DNA of 45,831 nucleotides from a virus: the IMG/VR virus record IMGVR_UViG_3300045988_042777; one strand, written 5' to 3'. The translations under genes were made by a program, and so were the position numbers. The notes beneath the pieces were generated by a model. The model had not been told where the DNA came from. It did not search any database and saw only the letters and a list, made by a program, of their open reading frames with translations. Each line of letters begins with the position of its first letter. Positions within the stretch are counted from its first letter, which is position 1. Shown here piece after piece: positions 16,452 through 25,766 of this stretch.

Positions 16452-16748
16452 ATGAGAGAAAGCAGCATAGAAAGCTACCTTGTCCGCAAGGTGAAAGAGC
16501 ACGGCGGCCTATGCTATAAGTTTGTATCACCCGGCAATCCTGGTGTGCCTGACCGCATCATCATCACCCCCACCGGCAAGACGGTGTATGTGGAGCTGAA
16601 AACAGAGATTGGGAGGCTGGCCAAGGTGCAGAAGTGGCAGCGGAGCGAGATGGAGAAACGGGGGGCGGATGTCCGGGTGCTTTATGGCCTGGATGCCGTG
16701 AAAGATTTTTTGAGGGAGGTTTTCACCGATGCAGTACACCCCGCATAA
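16452..16748 (+). CDS. VRR-NUC domain nuclease
   Basis: GVPDRIIITPTGKTVYVELKT...QKWQ matches the VRR-NUC PD-(D/E)XK core. GGAGG RBS precedes ATG 16452. Confidence 0.7.
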   Translation: MRESSIESYLVRKVKEHGGLCYKFVSPGNPGVPDRIIITPTGKTVYVELKTEIGRLAKVQKWQRSEMEKRGADVRVLYGLDAVKDFLREVFTDAVHPA

Positions 16749-18129
16749 TTACCAAGCCTACTGCATCCAGCGGGTGGTGGAGGACCCGGCCATTGGGCTG
16801 TTTCTCCGGCCAGGCCTGGGCAAAACCGTCATCACCCTCTCTGCCGTCAATATTCTCAAGTATTTCCGCTGGCAGGTGGCCAAGGCCCTGGTGGTGGCCC
16901 CCAAAAAGGTGGCAGAGGCCACCTGGAGCAAGGAGGCGGCCAAGTGGGACCACCTCCAGCATCTTCGGGTGTCCACCGTCCTGGGGAGCGCCAGCAAGCG
17001 CATCAAGGCCCTCAACACTCCGGCGGATGTCTATGTGACCAACCGGGAGAACTTTGAGTGGCTGGTGGACTACTACCAGCAGGCCTGGCCGTTTGATATG
17101 GTCATCTTTGATGAGAGCACCAGTTTCAAGAACTCCCAGAGTAAGCGTTTCAAGGCCGCCAAGCGCATCCGCCGGTTTATCAAGAAAGTGGTGTTGCTGA
17201 CCGGCACACCGTCCTCCAAAGGCTTGATTGATCTGTGGGCCCAGGTGTACCTCCTGGATGGCGGTGAGCGCCTGGGGCCGTCCCTGTCCGCCTACCGGGA
17301 GCGATACTTTGACCCAGACAAGAGAAGCCGGACCCAGATTTTTTCCTACAAGGCCAAGGATGGAGCTGAGAGCGCCGTGCTGGATGCCATCTCAGACATC
17401 TGCATCTCCATGAAAGCGGAGGACTATTTGCAGCTGCCGGACTTCATCCAGCATGAAATCCCCGTCCTCCTGGATGCCAAGGCCAAAAAGGCCTATGACC
17501 AGTTTGAGCGGGACCTGCTGCTGGAGGTGGATGAGGACATCATCACAGCGGGCACCGCCGGGGTACTGGTGGGCAAGCTGCTGCAATTCTGCAATGGGGC
17601 TGTGTATGGCAATGACGGCAAGGTGGTCCCAGTCCATGACTGCAAGTTGGAGGCTTTCACGGAGTTGCTGGAGCAGCTGAACGGGGAGCATTGCCTCACA
17701 TTCTACGGCTACCAGCACGACAAGGACCGCATCCTGGAGCGCCTTGAGAAGTACAACCGGGGCCGGGCCGAAAAGCTGAGGGTCCGGGTCTACAAGGGCG
17801 TGGAGGATGAGGAGGCCTGGAACGCCGGAGAGGTGGATGTGCTGCTGGTGCATCCGGCCTCTTGTGCCTACGGCCTCAACCTCCAGGCTGGTGGCCGCCA
17901 TGTGGTGTGGTATGGCCTCAACTGGAGCTTTGAGCTGAATGACCAGGGAAACTGCCGCCTGTACCGGCAGGGCTCCCCCTACGAAAAAGTGTTTGTGCAT
18001 TACCTCATTGTGCAGGGCTGTGAGGATGAGGATGTCATGGCCACCATACGGGGCCGGGCAGACACCCATGAGGCTGTCATGCGGGCCCTCAAGGCCAGAA
18101 TACGCAAGGTAAAGGAGAGTGCAACATGA
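16729..18129 (+). CDS. SNF2/DEAD-like helicase
   Basis: Walker A GLGKT, motif II IFDESTSFK, and the C-terminal helicase lobe. Confidence 0.85.
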   Translation: MQYTPHNYQAYCIQRVVEDPAIGLFLRPGLGKTVITLSAVNILKYFRWQVAKALVVAPKKVAEATWSKEAAKWDHLQHLRVSTVLGSASKRIKALNTPADVYVTNRENFEWLVDYYQQAWPFDMVIFDESTSFKNSQSKRFKAAKRIRRFIKKVVLLTGTPSSKGLIDLWAQVYLLDGGERLGPSLSAYRERYFDPDKRSRTQIFSYKAKDGAESAVLDAISDICISMKAEDYLQLPDFIQHEIPVLLDAKAKKAYDQFERDLLLEVDEDIITAGTAGVLVGKLLQFCNGAVYGNDGKVVPVHDCKLEAFTELLEQLNGEHCLTFYGYQHDKDRILERLEKYNRGRAEKLRVRVYKGVEDEEAWNAGEVDVLLVHPASCAYGLNLQAGGRHVVWYGLNWSFELNDQGNCRLYRQGSPYEKVFVHYLIVQGCEDEDVMATIRGRADTHEAVMRALKARIRKVKESAT

Positions 18130-18503
18130 GCAAGAGCAATTTAACAGTGATCTTGAATGGTGAGCAGGTTTTTTGTGATGAGCTCATCCGGGAAAGCGCC
18201 CGTCTGGCCATCCAGCATGAGGCGGACAAGCTGACCATTGAGGCCCTGCGGCAGCAGGTCCAGGACCTTGAGCGATACGCCAAGGAGGCTGAGGAGGCCG
18301 GGGCCATGTGCAACGCCGTCCAGAAAGAGGCCGCCACGATGAAAGCGGAGCTGGATGCCGAGCGGGCCGCTTATGCCAAGCTACTCAAGGACATGCACTT
18401 TGTCATGGCGGGCGGTGACCCTTGCAAGGTGTGCGCCAAGGTGTGCATGATGGGTGAGGGAAACTGCCAGCCGGAGTGGACTGGAGAGAAAACGGAGGAC
18501 TGA
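18126..18503 (+). CDS. Hypothetical coiled-coil protein with a C-terminal Cys cluster
   Basis: Start overlaps the upstream stop (ATGA); 125-aa ORF. Confidence 0.5.
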   Translation: MSKSNLTVILNGEQVFCDELIRESARLAIQHEADKLTIEALRQQVQDLERYAKEAEEAGAMCNAVQKEAATMKAELDAERAAYAKLLKDMHFVMAGGDPCKVCAKVCMMGEGNCQPEWTGEKTED

Positions 18504-18507
18504 GCGC

Positions 18508-18903
18508 ATGACCTTGAAAGAGCTGTCCCAGCTGTATTACTTAAACCGGGAAATTGAGATGGACAAGCGCCGCCTCCAGGAGCTTGAGGTCAAAGCGCTG
18601 CCGGGGGCCCAGGTCATCGCCGGGATGCCCCACGCCCCGGGCGTGACGGACAAGGTGGGAGAATATGCGGCGGAGATTGCCGATCTGCGGGGCATCATTG
18701 AGGCCAAGCACCAGCAATGCCTCTATGAGCGGAGCCGCCTGGAGCGTTACATCTCCAGCATTGATGACAGCCTCCTCCGGCAGATTTTCACCTATCGTTT
18801 TGTCAATGGACTCCCCTGGCGGCAGGTGGCCGCTTGTATTGGCGGAGGGAATACCGAGGACGGATGCAGAAAAGCCGTGAAACGGTATCTGGAACGGAAC
18901 TAA
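18508..18903 (+). CDS. Putative late-gene transcriptional activator (sigma-like; ArpU/RinA/DUF1492-type)
   Basis: MTLKELSQLYYLNREIEMDKRRLQEL...MPHAPGVTDKVGEY pattern with a C-terminal HTH-like region. It is the last gene before terS. Confidence 0.5.
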   Translation: MTLKELSQLYYLNREIEMDKRRLQELEVKALPGAQVIAGMPHAPGVTDKVGEYAAEIADLRGIIEAKHQQCLYERSRLERYISSIDDSLLRQIFTYRFVNGLPWRQVAACIGGGNTEDGCRKAVKRYLERN

Positions 18904-18990
18904 AAGAGATTGTCCGTTTTGTCCGGTGTACTTATGTTACACTGACATAGCGGGTGTATGCCTCATCATGGTATTACCTCCTTTGAGAGT

Positions 18991-19030
18991 GGCGGCAGGG
19001 TGACGGAAGTGAAACCAGACCCCTGCCGCC
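18991..19030 (+). promoter_or_regulatory. Perfect 10-bp stem with a 20-nt loop, upstream of terS
   Basis: ggcggcaggg (18991-19000) pairs with ccctgccgcc (19021-19030). Confidence 0.4.
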
Positions 19031-19048
19031 ATTCACTATGTCTTTTTG

Positions 19049-19078
19049 GCTGCTTTTCTCAAAGAAAAGCGGCTTTTT
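19049..19078 (+). terminator. Rho-independent terminator just upstream of terS
   Basis: Stem gctgcttttc / gaaaagcggc (one G-U pair), loop tcaaa, then ttttt. Confidence 0.6.
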
Positions 19079-19100
19079 ATTATGTTTTGGGGTGGTGAGC

Positions 19101-19664
19101 GTGGCAAAGCTGAATGACAGACAAGAGCGGTTTGTGGATGAGTACCTGGTGGACCTCAATGCCACCGCCGCCGCAAAGCGGGCCGGGTACAGCGAAAAAA
19201 CAGCCAGGAGCCAAGGGCAAAGGCTGTTGACGAATGTTGACATACAAGCCGCAATCCAAAAGCGCCAGGCGAGGCTCCGGGGCAAGCTGGAAATCACCCA
19301 GGAGCGGGTGCTGGAGGAGCTGGCTGCCATAGCCTTTGCCAACGGCACGGACTTTGCGACCATCAACCGCAACGGCCTTGTCCGGCTCATCCCCACGGAT
19401 GATCTGCCAGAGGACAAGAAAAAGGCCGTTGCCTCCATCAAGGAGGGCCAATATGGCACGGAGGTCAAGCTCCATGACAAGGTAAAGGCGCTGGAGCTGC
19501 TGGGCAAGCGCCTGGGTGTGTTTGACAGCGGAAACGGCCCCGGCAGCGAACAGGAAAACAACATTTTTGAGGTCATAGACCAGAGCACCAGAGAGGAGAT
19601 AGACACGGATGATATACCAGAGATTGAGCCCCCGGCAAAATCTGGCCATGACCTGGTGGAATAG
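19101..19664 (+). CDS. Terminase small subunit
   Basis: AKLNDRQERFVDEYLVDLNATAAAKRAGYSEKTA is typical of terS N-terminal HTHs. GTG start follows ggggtgg. Confidence 0.85.
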   Translation: MAKLNDRQERFVDEYLVDLNATAAAKRAGYSEKTARSQGQRLLTNVDIQAAIQKRQARLRGKLEITQERVLEELAAIAFANGTDFATINRNGLVRLIPTDDLPEDKKKAVASIKEGQYGTEVKLHDKVKALELLGKRLGVFDSGNGPGSEQENNIFEVIDQSTREEIDTDDIPEIEPPAKSGHDLVE

Positions 19665-20832
19665 GCCCGGCTTTGAGGACTATGACGGCATCATCTGTGA
19701 CGGCTCCATCCGATCTGGCAAGACCGTGGCCATGACCGTGGGCTTTGTTATGTGGGCAATGCGCCGCTTTCAAGGCCAAAACTTTGCGCTGTGCGGCAAG
19801 ACCATTGAGAGCTTGCGGCGCAATGTGACCTCCAACCTGCCAAACTGGCTGGCAGGGGTGTTTTCTTTTCGGGAATACCGCACGGAAAACAAGATTGTGG
19901 TGACTGCCGCCGGGTGGAGCAATAACTTTTACCTGTTCGGCGGACGGGATGAAAGCAGCGCTGCTCTCATCCAGGGCATCACCCTGGCGGGCGTCCTGCT
20001 GGATGAGGTGGCCCTCATGCCCCGCTCCTTTGTGGAGCAGGCCTGTGCCCGCTGCTCTGTGGACGGCTCAAAGCTCTGGTTTAACTGTAACCCAGAGGGG
20101 CCGTCCCACTGGTTTTATCTAAACTGGATATTGGAGGCCGCCAAGCGGAACATGCTGCACCTCCATTTCACCATGGATGACAACCTCAGCCTCTCCGCCT
20201 CCGTCAAGGCCAGGTATGAGAGCCTTTACTCTGGCGTGTTTTATGACCGCTTTATCCGGGGCCTATGGGTGGTGGCGGAGGGGCTGATTTATACCATGTT
20301 CAACAAGGATTTTCATGTGGTGCCGGATGCTCCCCGGCCCTATGACCGTTACTACATTTCCATTGACTACGGCACCGCAAACCCCACCAGCATGGGGCTC
20401 TGGGCCCGGGCAGGCGGGAAATGGTATCGCATCCGGGAGTATTACTACAATAGCCGCAAGGTGGGCCGCCAGCTCACCGATGAGGAGTATTATGCAGAGC
20501 TGGAAAAGCTGGCCGGTGATCTGCCTATCCGGGCGGTTATCGTTGACCCCTCAGCAGCCAGCTTTATTGAGGTCATCCGGCGGCACGGCCGTTTTTATGT
20601 GGAAAAGGCCTCCAACTCTGTCCTGGACGGCATCCGGGATGTGGCCACCAGGCTCCAGAGCGGGGACATCTTCATCTGCTCCTGCTGCACGGACTGCATC
20701 CGGGAGTTTGGGCTCTATCGCTGGGACGAAAAGGCCCCCATGGACCGGCCCATCAAGGAGAATGACCACGCCATGGACGAGGTGCGCTATTTTGTCCACA
20801 AGGTCTTTGCGCCCGAGATTTTCAGCTTTTGA
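19609..20832 (+). CDS. Terminase large subunit (PBSX XtmB-like)
   Basis: Walker A DGSIRSGKT plus the C-terminal nuclease region. The start could be the later in-frame Met at 19648. Confidence 0.9.
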   Translation: MIYQRLSPRQNLAMTWWNRPGFEDYDGIICDGSIRSGKTVAMTVGFVMWAMRRFQGQNFALCGKTIESLRRNVTSNLPNWLAGVFSFREYRTENKIVVTAAGWSNNFYLFGGRDESSAALIQGITLAGVLLDEVALMPRSFVEQACARCSVDGSKLWFNCNPEGPSHWFYLNWILEAAKRNMLHLHFTMDDNLSLSASVKARYESLYSGVFYDRFIRGLWVVAEGLIYTMFNKDFHVVPDAPRPYDRYYISIDYGTANPTSMGLWARAGGKWYRIREYYYNSRKVGRQLTDEEYYAELEKLAGDLPIRAVIVDPSAASFIEVIRRHGRFYVEKASNSVLDGIRDVATRLQSGDIFICSCCTDCIREFGLYRWDEKAPMDRPIKENDHAMDEVRYFVHKVFAPEIFSF

Positions 20833-20840
20833 GGTGCGCC

Positions 20841-21014
20841 ATGTTTGAGCAGCAGTATGTTTTATCTAAGATTGAGCAATGGGCGGAGCGCCTGCCATAT
20901 AACACTCTGCGGATTGAGGTGGAGCTCCCTGGGCAGACCCTCACGCTGGAGAAGTGCAAAGCCCGGCCCATTGGATTTACCCCCCCCCAACAGGAAAATC
21001 AGAAAAGGAGGTGA
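20841..21014 (+). CDS. Hypothetical protein
   Basis: GAGGTG RBS precedes ATG 20841. Confidence 0.45.
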   Translation: MFEQQYVLSKIEQWAERLPYNTLRIEVELPGQTLTLEKCKARPIGFTPPQQENQKRR

Positions 21015-21020
21015 TGCACG

Positions 21021-22556
21021 GTGGTGGTGCTTAATTTGCGGGGTGACTGCGTGGCCAGGGCGGCCACTAATTTCCGCCGGGGCATGACAGACAAGCGCTT
21101 TTTGGAGCTTGAAATCACGGCCTGGCTGGGCTCCAAAGAGCGAAAACGGCAGCTGGCCGGTGAGGCCTACTATGACGGGGACCAGGATGTGACCCGCCGC
21201 AAGCGCATTGCCCTGGACGATGATGGAAACATCAAGGTGCTGGAGCATCTGCCCAATAACCGATTGGTCCACAACATCTATGCCAAGATGGTGGACCAGA
21301 AAACCAACTATTCCTTTGGGCGGCCTTTTTCTCTTGATACTGAAAACAAGGCCTATGCAGAGGCTCTCTCCACCGTCTTTGGGTCCCGTTTTCAGCGGAC
21401 CATGCACAACATTGGAGAGGGTGCCTGGATTGGCGGCAAGTGCTGGGTGTTCCCCTACTACGACCAAAACGGGGAGCTGGCTTTCCAGCGCTTTCCCGCT
21501 GATGAGGTTTTGCCTTTTTGGGCGGATGCTGACCACACCATCCTGGATGCTGCTGTCCATGTCTATGTGGTGCTGGAGTATGACGAAACCGAACAGACCA
21601 AGGATGTGGTCAAGGTGGAGGTCATGCACGGCGGCGGCGTGGATTGCTTCATCCGCCGGGATGATGGCACCCTGGAGCCGGACGATTTTGCCCGCTCTGG
21701 GCCGTACATAACCAACACGGACCCCCAGACAGGCGAGGAAACCGGCTACAACTGGGAGCGCATCCCCCTGGTGTGTTTCAAGAGCTCCCACCATGAAATC
21801 CCCCTGCTGTCCAGGGTGCGGTGTCTGCAAGACGCCTATAACAACATCATCTCCAATTTTGCCAACCAGATGGAGGAGGACATCCACTCCACCATCCTGG
21901 TCATCAAGAACTATGACGGGGAGGACCTGGGGCGGCTCCGGGCCAACCTGGCCACCTATGGCGTCATCAAGGTCCGCTCTTTTGAGGGCTCTGAGGGCGG
22001 AGTGGACACCCTCCAGATTGAGGTCAACGCCGAAAACTACAAGGTGCTGCTCTCTATGCTCAAGGATGCCATCATTGAGAACGCCCGGGGCTACGATGCC
22101 AAGGATGAGCGCATGAGCGGAAACCCTAACCAGATGAATATACAGAGCATGTACTCTGACATTGATCTGGACGCCAACGGCATTGAGATGGAGTTTCAGG
22201 CCTCCATGGAGGAGCTGCTCTGGTTTGTCAATAAGCACCTGGCCAACACTGGCCGGGGGAGCTTTGACGGCACGGAGGTCAAGGTCATCTTTGACCGGGA
22301 TGTCCTCATCAATGAAACGGAGGTCATCAACAACTGCAAGAGCTCTGTGGGCATCCTCTCTGATGAAACCATCGTGAAAATGCACCCCTGGGTGAGCGAC
22401 CCGGAGCAGGAGCTCCAGCGCATCAAGGATGAGAAAGAGGAGGCCATGGCCGACCCCTACCAGGCCGCTTTTATGAAAAACCGGCAGAACGGAGGGGACG
22501 GCTCCGGCAATCCCGTGACCGATCAGAACGGCGGTGGCGGCAATGCCGAGGAATAA
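21021..22556 (+). CDS. Portal protein (SPP1 gp6-like)
   Basis: Position after terL, size of about 510 aa, and LPNNRLVHNIYAKMVDQKTNY block. GTG 21021 lies 9 nt after GGAGG; ATG 21084 is an alternative start. Confidence 0.85.
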   Translation: MVVLNLRGDCVARAATNFRRGMTDKRFLELEITAWLGSKERKRQLAGEAYYDGDQDVTRRKRIALDDDGNIKVLEHLPNNRLVHNIYAKMVDQKTNYSFGRPFSLDTENKAYAEALSTVFGSRFQRTMHNIGEGAWIGGKCWVFPYYDQNGELAFQRFPADEVLPFWADADHTILDAAVHVYVVLEYDETEQTKDVVKVEVMHGGGVDCFIRRDDGTLEPDDFARSGPYITNTDPQTGEETGYNWERIPLVCFKSSHHEIPLLSRVRCLQDAYNNIISNFANQMEEDIHSTILVIKNYDGEDLGRLRANLATYGVIKVRSFEGSEGGVDTLQIEVNAENYKVLLSMLKDAIIENARGYDAKDERMSGNPNQMNIQSMYSDIDLDANGIEMEFQASMEELLWFVNKHLANTGRGSFDGTEVKVIFDRDVLINETEVINNCKSSVGILSDETIVKMHPWVSDPEQELQRIKDEKEEAMADPYQAAFMKNRQNGGDGSGNPVTDQNGGGGNAEE

Positions 22557-24309
22557 CCTCCAGCGCAATGCGGACTACTGGGCCCAGCGCATGAAAAACA
22601 TGGAGGACGCCTTGCTGGACCAGTCCTATTCCTATGTGGAAAACCTGGATGCTCAATTCCGGGCCGCTGAGGCTGAGATTGAGCGCCAGATGTCTGCATG
22701 GTATAGGCGCTTTGCCGCCAATAATGACATCACCCTGGCAGATGCCAAGCGGCTGCTCAACAGTGATGAGCTGGCAGAGTTTCACTGGACTGTGGAGGAG
22801 TACATCAAGCACGGCGAGGAAAACGCCCTCACCGGGGCCTGGATGAAAGAGCTTGAGAACGCCAGCGCCCGGGTCCACATCTCCAGGCTTGATGCCCTCA
22901 AAATCCAGCTCCAGCAGCAGGCGGAGCTCCTCTATTCTAACCAGCTGGACTACCTGGACACGGTGACACGGCAGGCCTATGCCGGGAGCTACTACCACAC
23001 GGCCTATGAAATCCAAAAGGGCCTGGGTGTTGGGTGGACCATGCAGGCTGTCAATGAAAACACCATCAAAAAGGTGCTCTCCCGGCCCTGGACCACGGAC
23101 GGCCAGACATTCCGTGACCGCTGCTGGACGAACAAGCAAAGCCTTGTCAATTCCGTCAACACCCAGCTGACCCAGATGATTATACGGGGGGAGCCCCCGG
23201 ACAAGGCCATCTCTACCATTGCCAAGCAGTTTGAGGTGTCCCGCTCCAAAGCGGGCCGCCTGGTGATGACGGAAAGCGCCTATTTCTCCAGCACGGCCCA
23301 GCAGGACTGTTTCAACGCCCTGGGCGTGGAGCAATACCAGATTGTGGCCTCTTTTGACCGGGACACCTGCTCCCTTTGCGCTCAGCTTGACGGCAAGGTG
23401 TTCCGCATGTCGGACTATCAGGTGGGGCTCACCGCTCCGCCGTTTCATCCGTGGTGCCGGTGCTGCACCTGCCCCTACTATGCGGACATGGAGGGCATTG
23501 GAGAGCGATGGACCAGAAACCCGGACGGCACCACAAAGAAAATACCGGCCAACACCACCTTTGATGAGTGGCGGCAGAGCTTTGTGCAGGGCCCCACACC
23601 TGGTTTGCAAACCCAGGCCCCGGGTGTTACAATTACAGCAAAGACAACTCCGCATTTCCAGAATGTTGTGCAAGGCCTGCCGTCTGCTCCCAGCGGCTAC
23701 ACGGACGCCCTTGAGCAGCATTATGCTGCGGGCAACCAGACGGCCCAGGCCGTCTTTGAGCGTTATGTCCAGCCCGGCTCTGTGGCGGACGGGGCTTTCT
23801 CCGGCACGCCGCATTTTGACAGCCGCATCCAAAAGGTCAAAATGAACTTTGCCGCCGACATGAAAGACCCCAGGGGCCCGGCAACAACCTTTTTCCATGA
23901 GCATGGCCATTTTGTTGACTTCACATCCTGCGCCGGGAGCGGCTACACCTCTTTGCAGACGCCGGACTTTGGTGATGCTCTGAAAAAGGACTTTGAGGCC
24001 TATGTCAAGGCCACCATGAAAGCCAATGGCACCCGGAAAAAGACGGATGCCTACACCATCATTGCCCGGGAGCTCATGGACGCCGACCACAACGCCATTT
24101 CTGATCTGTTCGGCGGGCTCTCCAGGAACAAAGCCCGGGGCAATTATGGCCACGCCACCCGCTACTGGACATACTACGGGATGTTGGAGAAAGAGGCCTT
24201 TGCCCACATGTTTGCCGCTCAGTTTGATGCTGGGCGCTACGCTCTCATGCAGAAATATTTTCCCACCGCTTTGGCGGAGTTTGAAAAGCTCTTGAAAGGT
24301 GTGATTTGA
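22534..24309 (+). CDS. MuF/SPP1 gp7-like minor head protein fused to a C-terminal HExxH domain
   Basis: MuF region ends PPFHPWCRCCTCPY. The C-terminal extension of about 260 aa contains HEHGH (23896-23910). Confidence 0.8.
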   Translation: MAAMPRNNLQRNADYWAQRMKNMEDALLDQSYSYVENLDAQFRAAEAEIERQMSAWYRRFAANNDITLADAKRLLNSDELAEFHWTVEEYIKHGEENALTGAWMKELENASARVHISRLDALKIQLQQQAELLYSNQLDYLDTVTRQAYAGSYYHTAYEIQKGLGVGWTMQAVNENTIKKVLSRPWTTDGQTFRDRCWTNKQSLVNSVNTQLTQMIIRGEPPDKAISTIAKQFEVSRSKAGRLVMTESAYFSSTAQQDCFNALGVEQYQIVASFDRDTCSLCAQLDGKVFRMSDYQVGLTAPPFHPWCRCCTCPYYADMEGIGERWTRNPDGTTKKIPANTTFDEWRQSFVQGPTPGLQTQAPGVTITAKTTPHFQNVVQGLPSAPSGYTDALEQHYAAGNQTAQAVFERYVQPGSVADGAFSGTPHFDSRIQKVKMNFAADMKDPRGPATTFFHEHGHFVDFTSCAGSGYTSLQTPDFGDALKKDFEAYVKATMKANGTRKKTDAYTIIARELMDADHNAISDLFGGLSRNKARGNYGHATRYWTYYGMLEKEAFAHMFAAQFDAGRYALMQKYFPTALAEFEKLLKGVI

Positions 24310-24557
24310 TGACGCTTTTGGAATACAGCAACAGCAAGCAGGTGCAGGACGCCGCCACCGCCTATGCTGAGAGGCATGGCGGGAGCTTTTTCTGGGAGGA
24401 GCCCGGAGGCGGCTTTGTGTATGAGCTGGAGGAGGACGCTTTTTCCCCTCCGGCGGATGCTACCGTTGACCAGGTGCTCAAGGACCTCCAGGGCGGCAAG
24501 CTCATCCCTGACATCTGGACAAAGCTGGAGGACCCCGGCCCGGATGTCCTCTATTAA
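24309..24557 (+). CDS. Small acidic protein; candidate immunity partner of the MuF C-terminal domain
   Basis: ATG overlaps the upstream stop (TGATG). 82 aa, followed directly by a terminator. Confidence 0.45.
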   Translation: MTLLEYSNSKQVQDAATAYAERHGGSFFWEEPGGGFVYELEEDAFSPPADATVDQVLKDLQGGKLIPDIWTKLEDPGPDVLY

Positions 24558-24569
24558 ACCGTTGATGAA

Positions 24570-24600
24570 AGCATCGTGCTGAAAAGCACGGTGCTTTTTT
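24570..24600 (+). terminator. Rho-independent terminator
   Basis: Stem agcatcgtgct / agcacggtgct, loop gaaa, then tttttt. Confidence 0.7.
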
Positions 24601-24702
24601 CATACCCAAATACCGCCGGGCCCCGGTGGAAACCAACAGGGGCGCTGCCATACCGGGACTGGCCGGACACAAGGAAAGCAGATAACAGGAGGTAAACGAA
24701 AC

Positions 24703-25356
24703 ATGAAACTTTTGTGGCTCAAGGAAATCATTGGCGATGCCTACACGGAGGACATGGACGCCGCCGCCTGCCAGGCGATTGGCAAGGACTTTGTTGCCCG
24801 TGCGGACTTCAACGCCAAAAACACCCGTGTCAAGGAACTGGAGGCCCAGGTGGGCCAGCTTGAGGAGGCCGCCAAGGGACATGCCAAGCAGCTGGAGGAG
24901 CTGAAAAAGTCCGCTGGTGACAACGAGGAGCTGACCCGCAAGATTGGTGAGCTGGAACAGCAGAACAAGGCCGACAAAGCCGCTTTTGAGAAAGAGCTGG
25001 CCACCATCCGGCTGACCTCTGCCGTGGATGCTGAGCTCACCGCCGCCGGAGCCAAGAACAACACCGCCGTCCGGGCTCTTTTGGCTGACTACCTCAAGGA
25101 TGCCAAGATTGAGGACGGCAAAGTGGTGGCCAAGGTCAACAATGAGAGCATCACCCTGGCCGCTAAAATCGAGGCCATGAAAAAGGACGCCGCCACGGAC
25201 TTTCTCTTTGGCAACCCCGGCGGAAAGCTGAGCGGCTGGAAACCCGGGGACCCCGACAACGGACGCAAGCCCGGCGAGGGGAAAAAGCCCTCTGAGATGT
25301 CCTACACCGAGCTGGCGGCCTGGATGGCCGAAAACCCGGATGCAAAGCTGGAATGA
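24703..25356 (+). CDS. Head scaffolding protein
   Basis: Coiled-coil, Lys/Glu-rich protein immediately upstream of the capsid gene. Confidence 0.7.
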   Translation: MKLLWLKEIIGDAYTEDMDAAACQAIGKDFVARADFNAKNTRVKELEAQVGQLEEAAKGHAKQLEELKKSAGDNEELTRKIGELEQQNKADKAAFEKELATIRLTSAVDAELTAAGAKNNTAVRALLADYLKDAKIEDGKVVAKVNNESITLAAKIEAMKKDAATDFLFGNPGGKLSGWKPGDPDNGRKPGEGKKPSEMSYTELAAWMAENPDAKLE

Positions 25357-25364
25357 GGTGCAAC

Positions 25365-25736
25365 ATGAGAAACATTACTACCCCCACCAAAGCGGTGTCT
25401 TTTGAGGACGCCCTGAGAAATCTGGCCGCTAAGCTGACCGGCAAGCCTGCCGCATCTCTGCCCCGCACCCAGGAGGCTGTTGTGCAGTTTATCGCTGACA
25501 ACATCTCCTCCGTGAAAGAGCTGACGGATGCCATGGCTGTTGAGCTGGCCACCCGTCTGACCCAGGAGCTTGCGGAGGCTATCGTCAAGGAAGTCATGGC
25601 CCGCCTCTCTCCTGCGGCCTCTGAGGAGCCCCAGGAGGACCAGGATGCCGCACCCGAGGAGCAGGCCTCCCCCGAGGCTGAAACGCCCGCTGAGGAGCCC
25701 CAGGCGGCTCCCAAGACCCGCAAACGCAAGACCTAA
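25365..25736 (+). CDS. Hypothetical head-module protein with an acidic/Pro-rich tail
   Basis: GAGG RBS precedes ATG 25365. Confidence 0.5.
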   Translation: MRNITTPTKAVSFEDALRNLAAKLTGKPAASLPRTQEAVVQFIADNISSVKELTDAMAVELATRLTQELAEAIVKEVMARLSPAASEEPQEDQDAAPEEQASPEAETPAEEPQAAPKTRKRKT

Positions 25737-25766
25737 AACCATTTTGTAAGAAAGGACGATTGAATT

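Noticed and set aside
16080-16530. ORFs across 16080-16530 (MFRDMFRAMFRAMFRA and others), and the 12-bp periodic aatgttccgggc units considered as a possible CRISPR or minisatellite.
   Set aside because: The peptides are artefacts of translating the iterons. The repeats are 8-mers at 12-bp phasing in both orientations, with no unique spacers of CRISPR size. An origin-iteron interpretation fits better.
18961-18990. attacctcctttga, which resembles the 16S rRNA 3' end. On the minus strand it forms AAGGAGG plus ATG with a 10-codon ORF.
   Set aside because: The ORF is too short and no rRNA context exists. It is most likely a chance occurrence or part of the structured leader reported separately.
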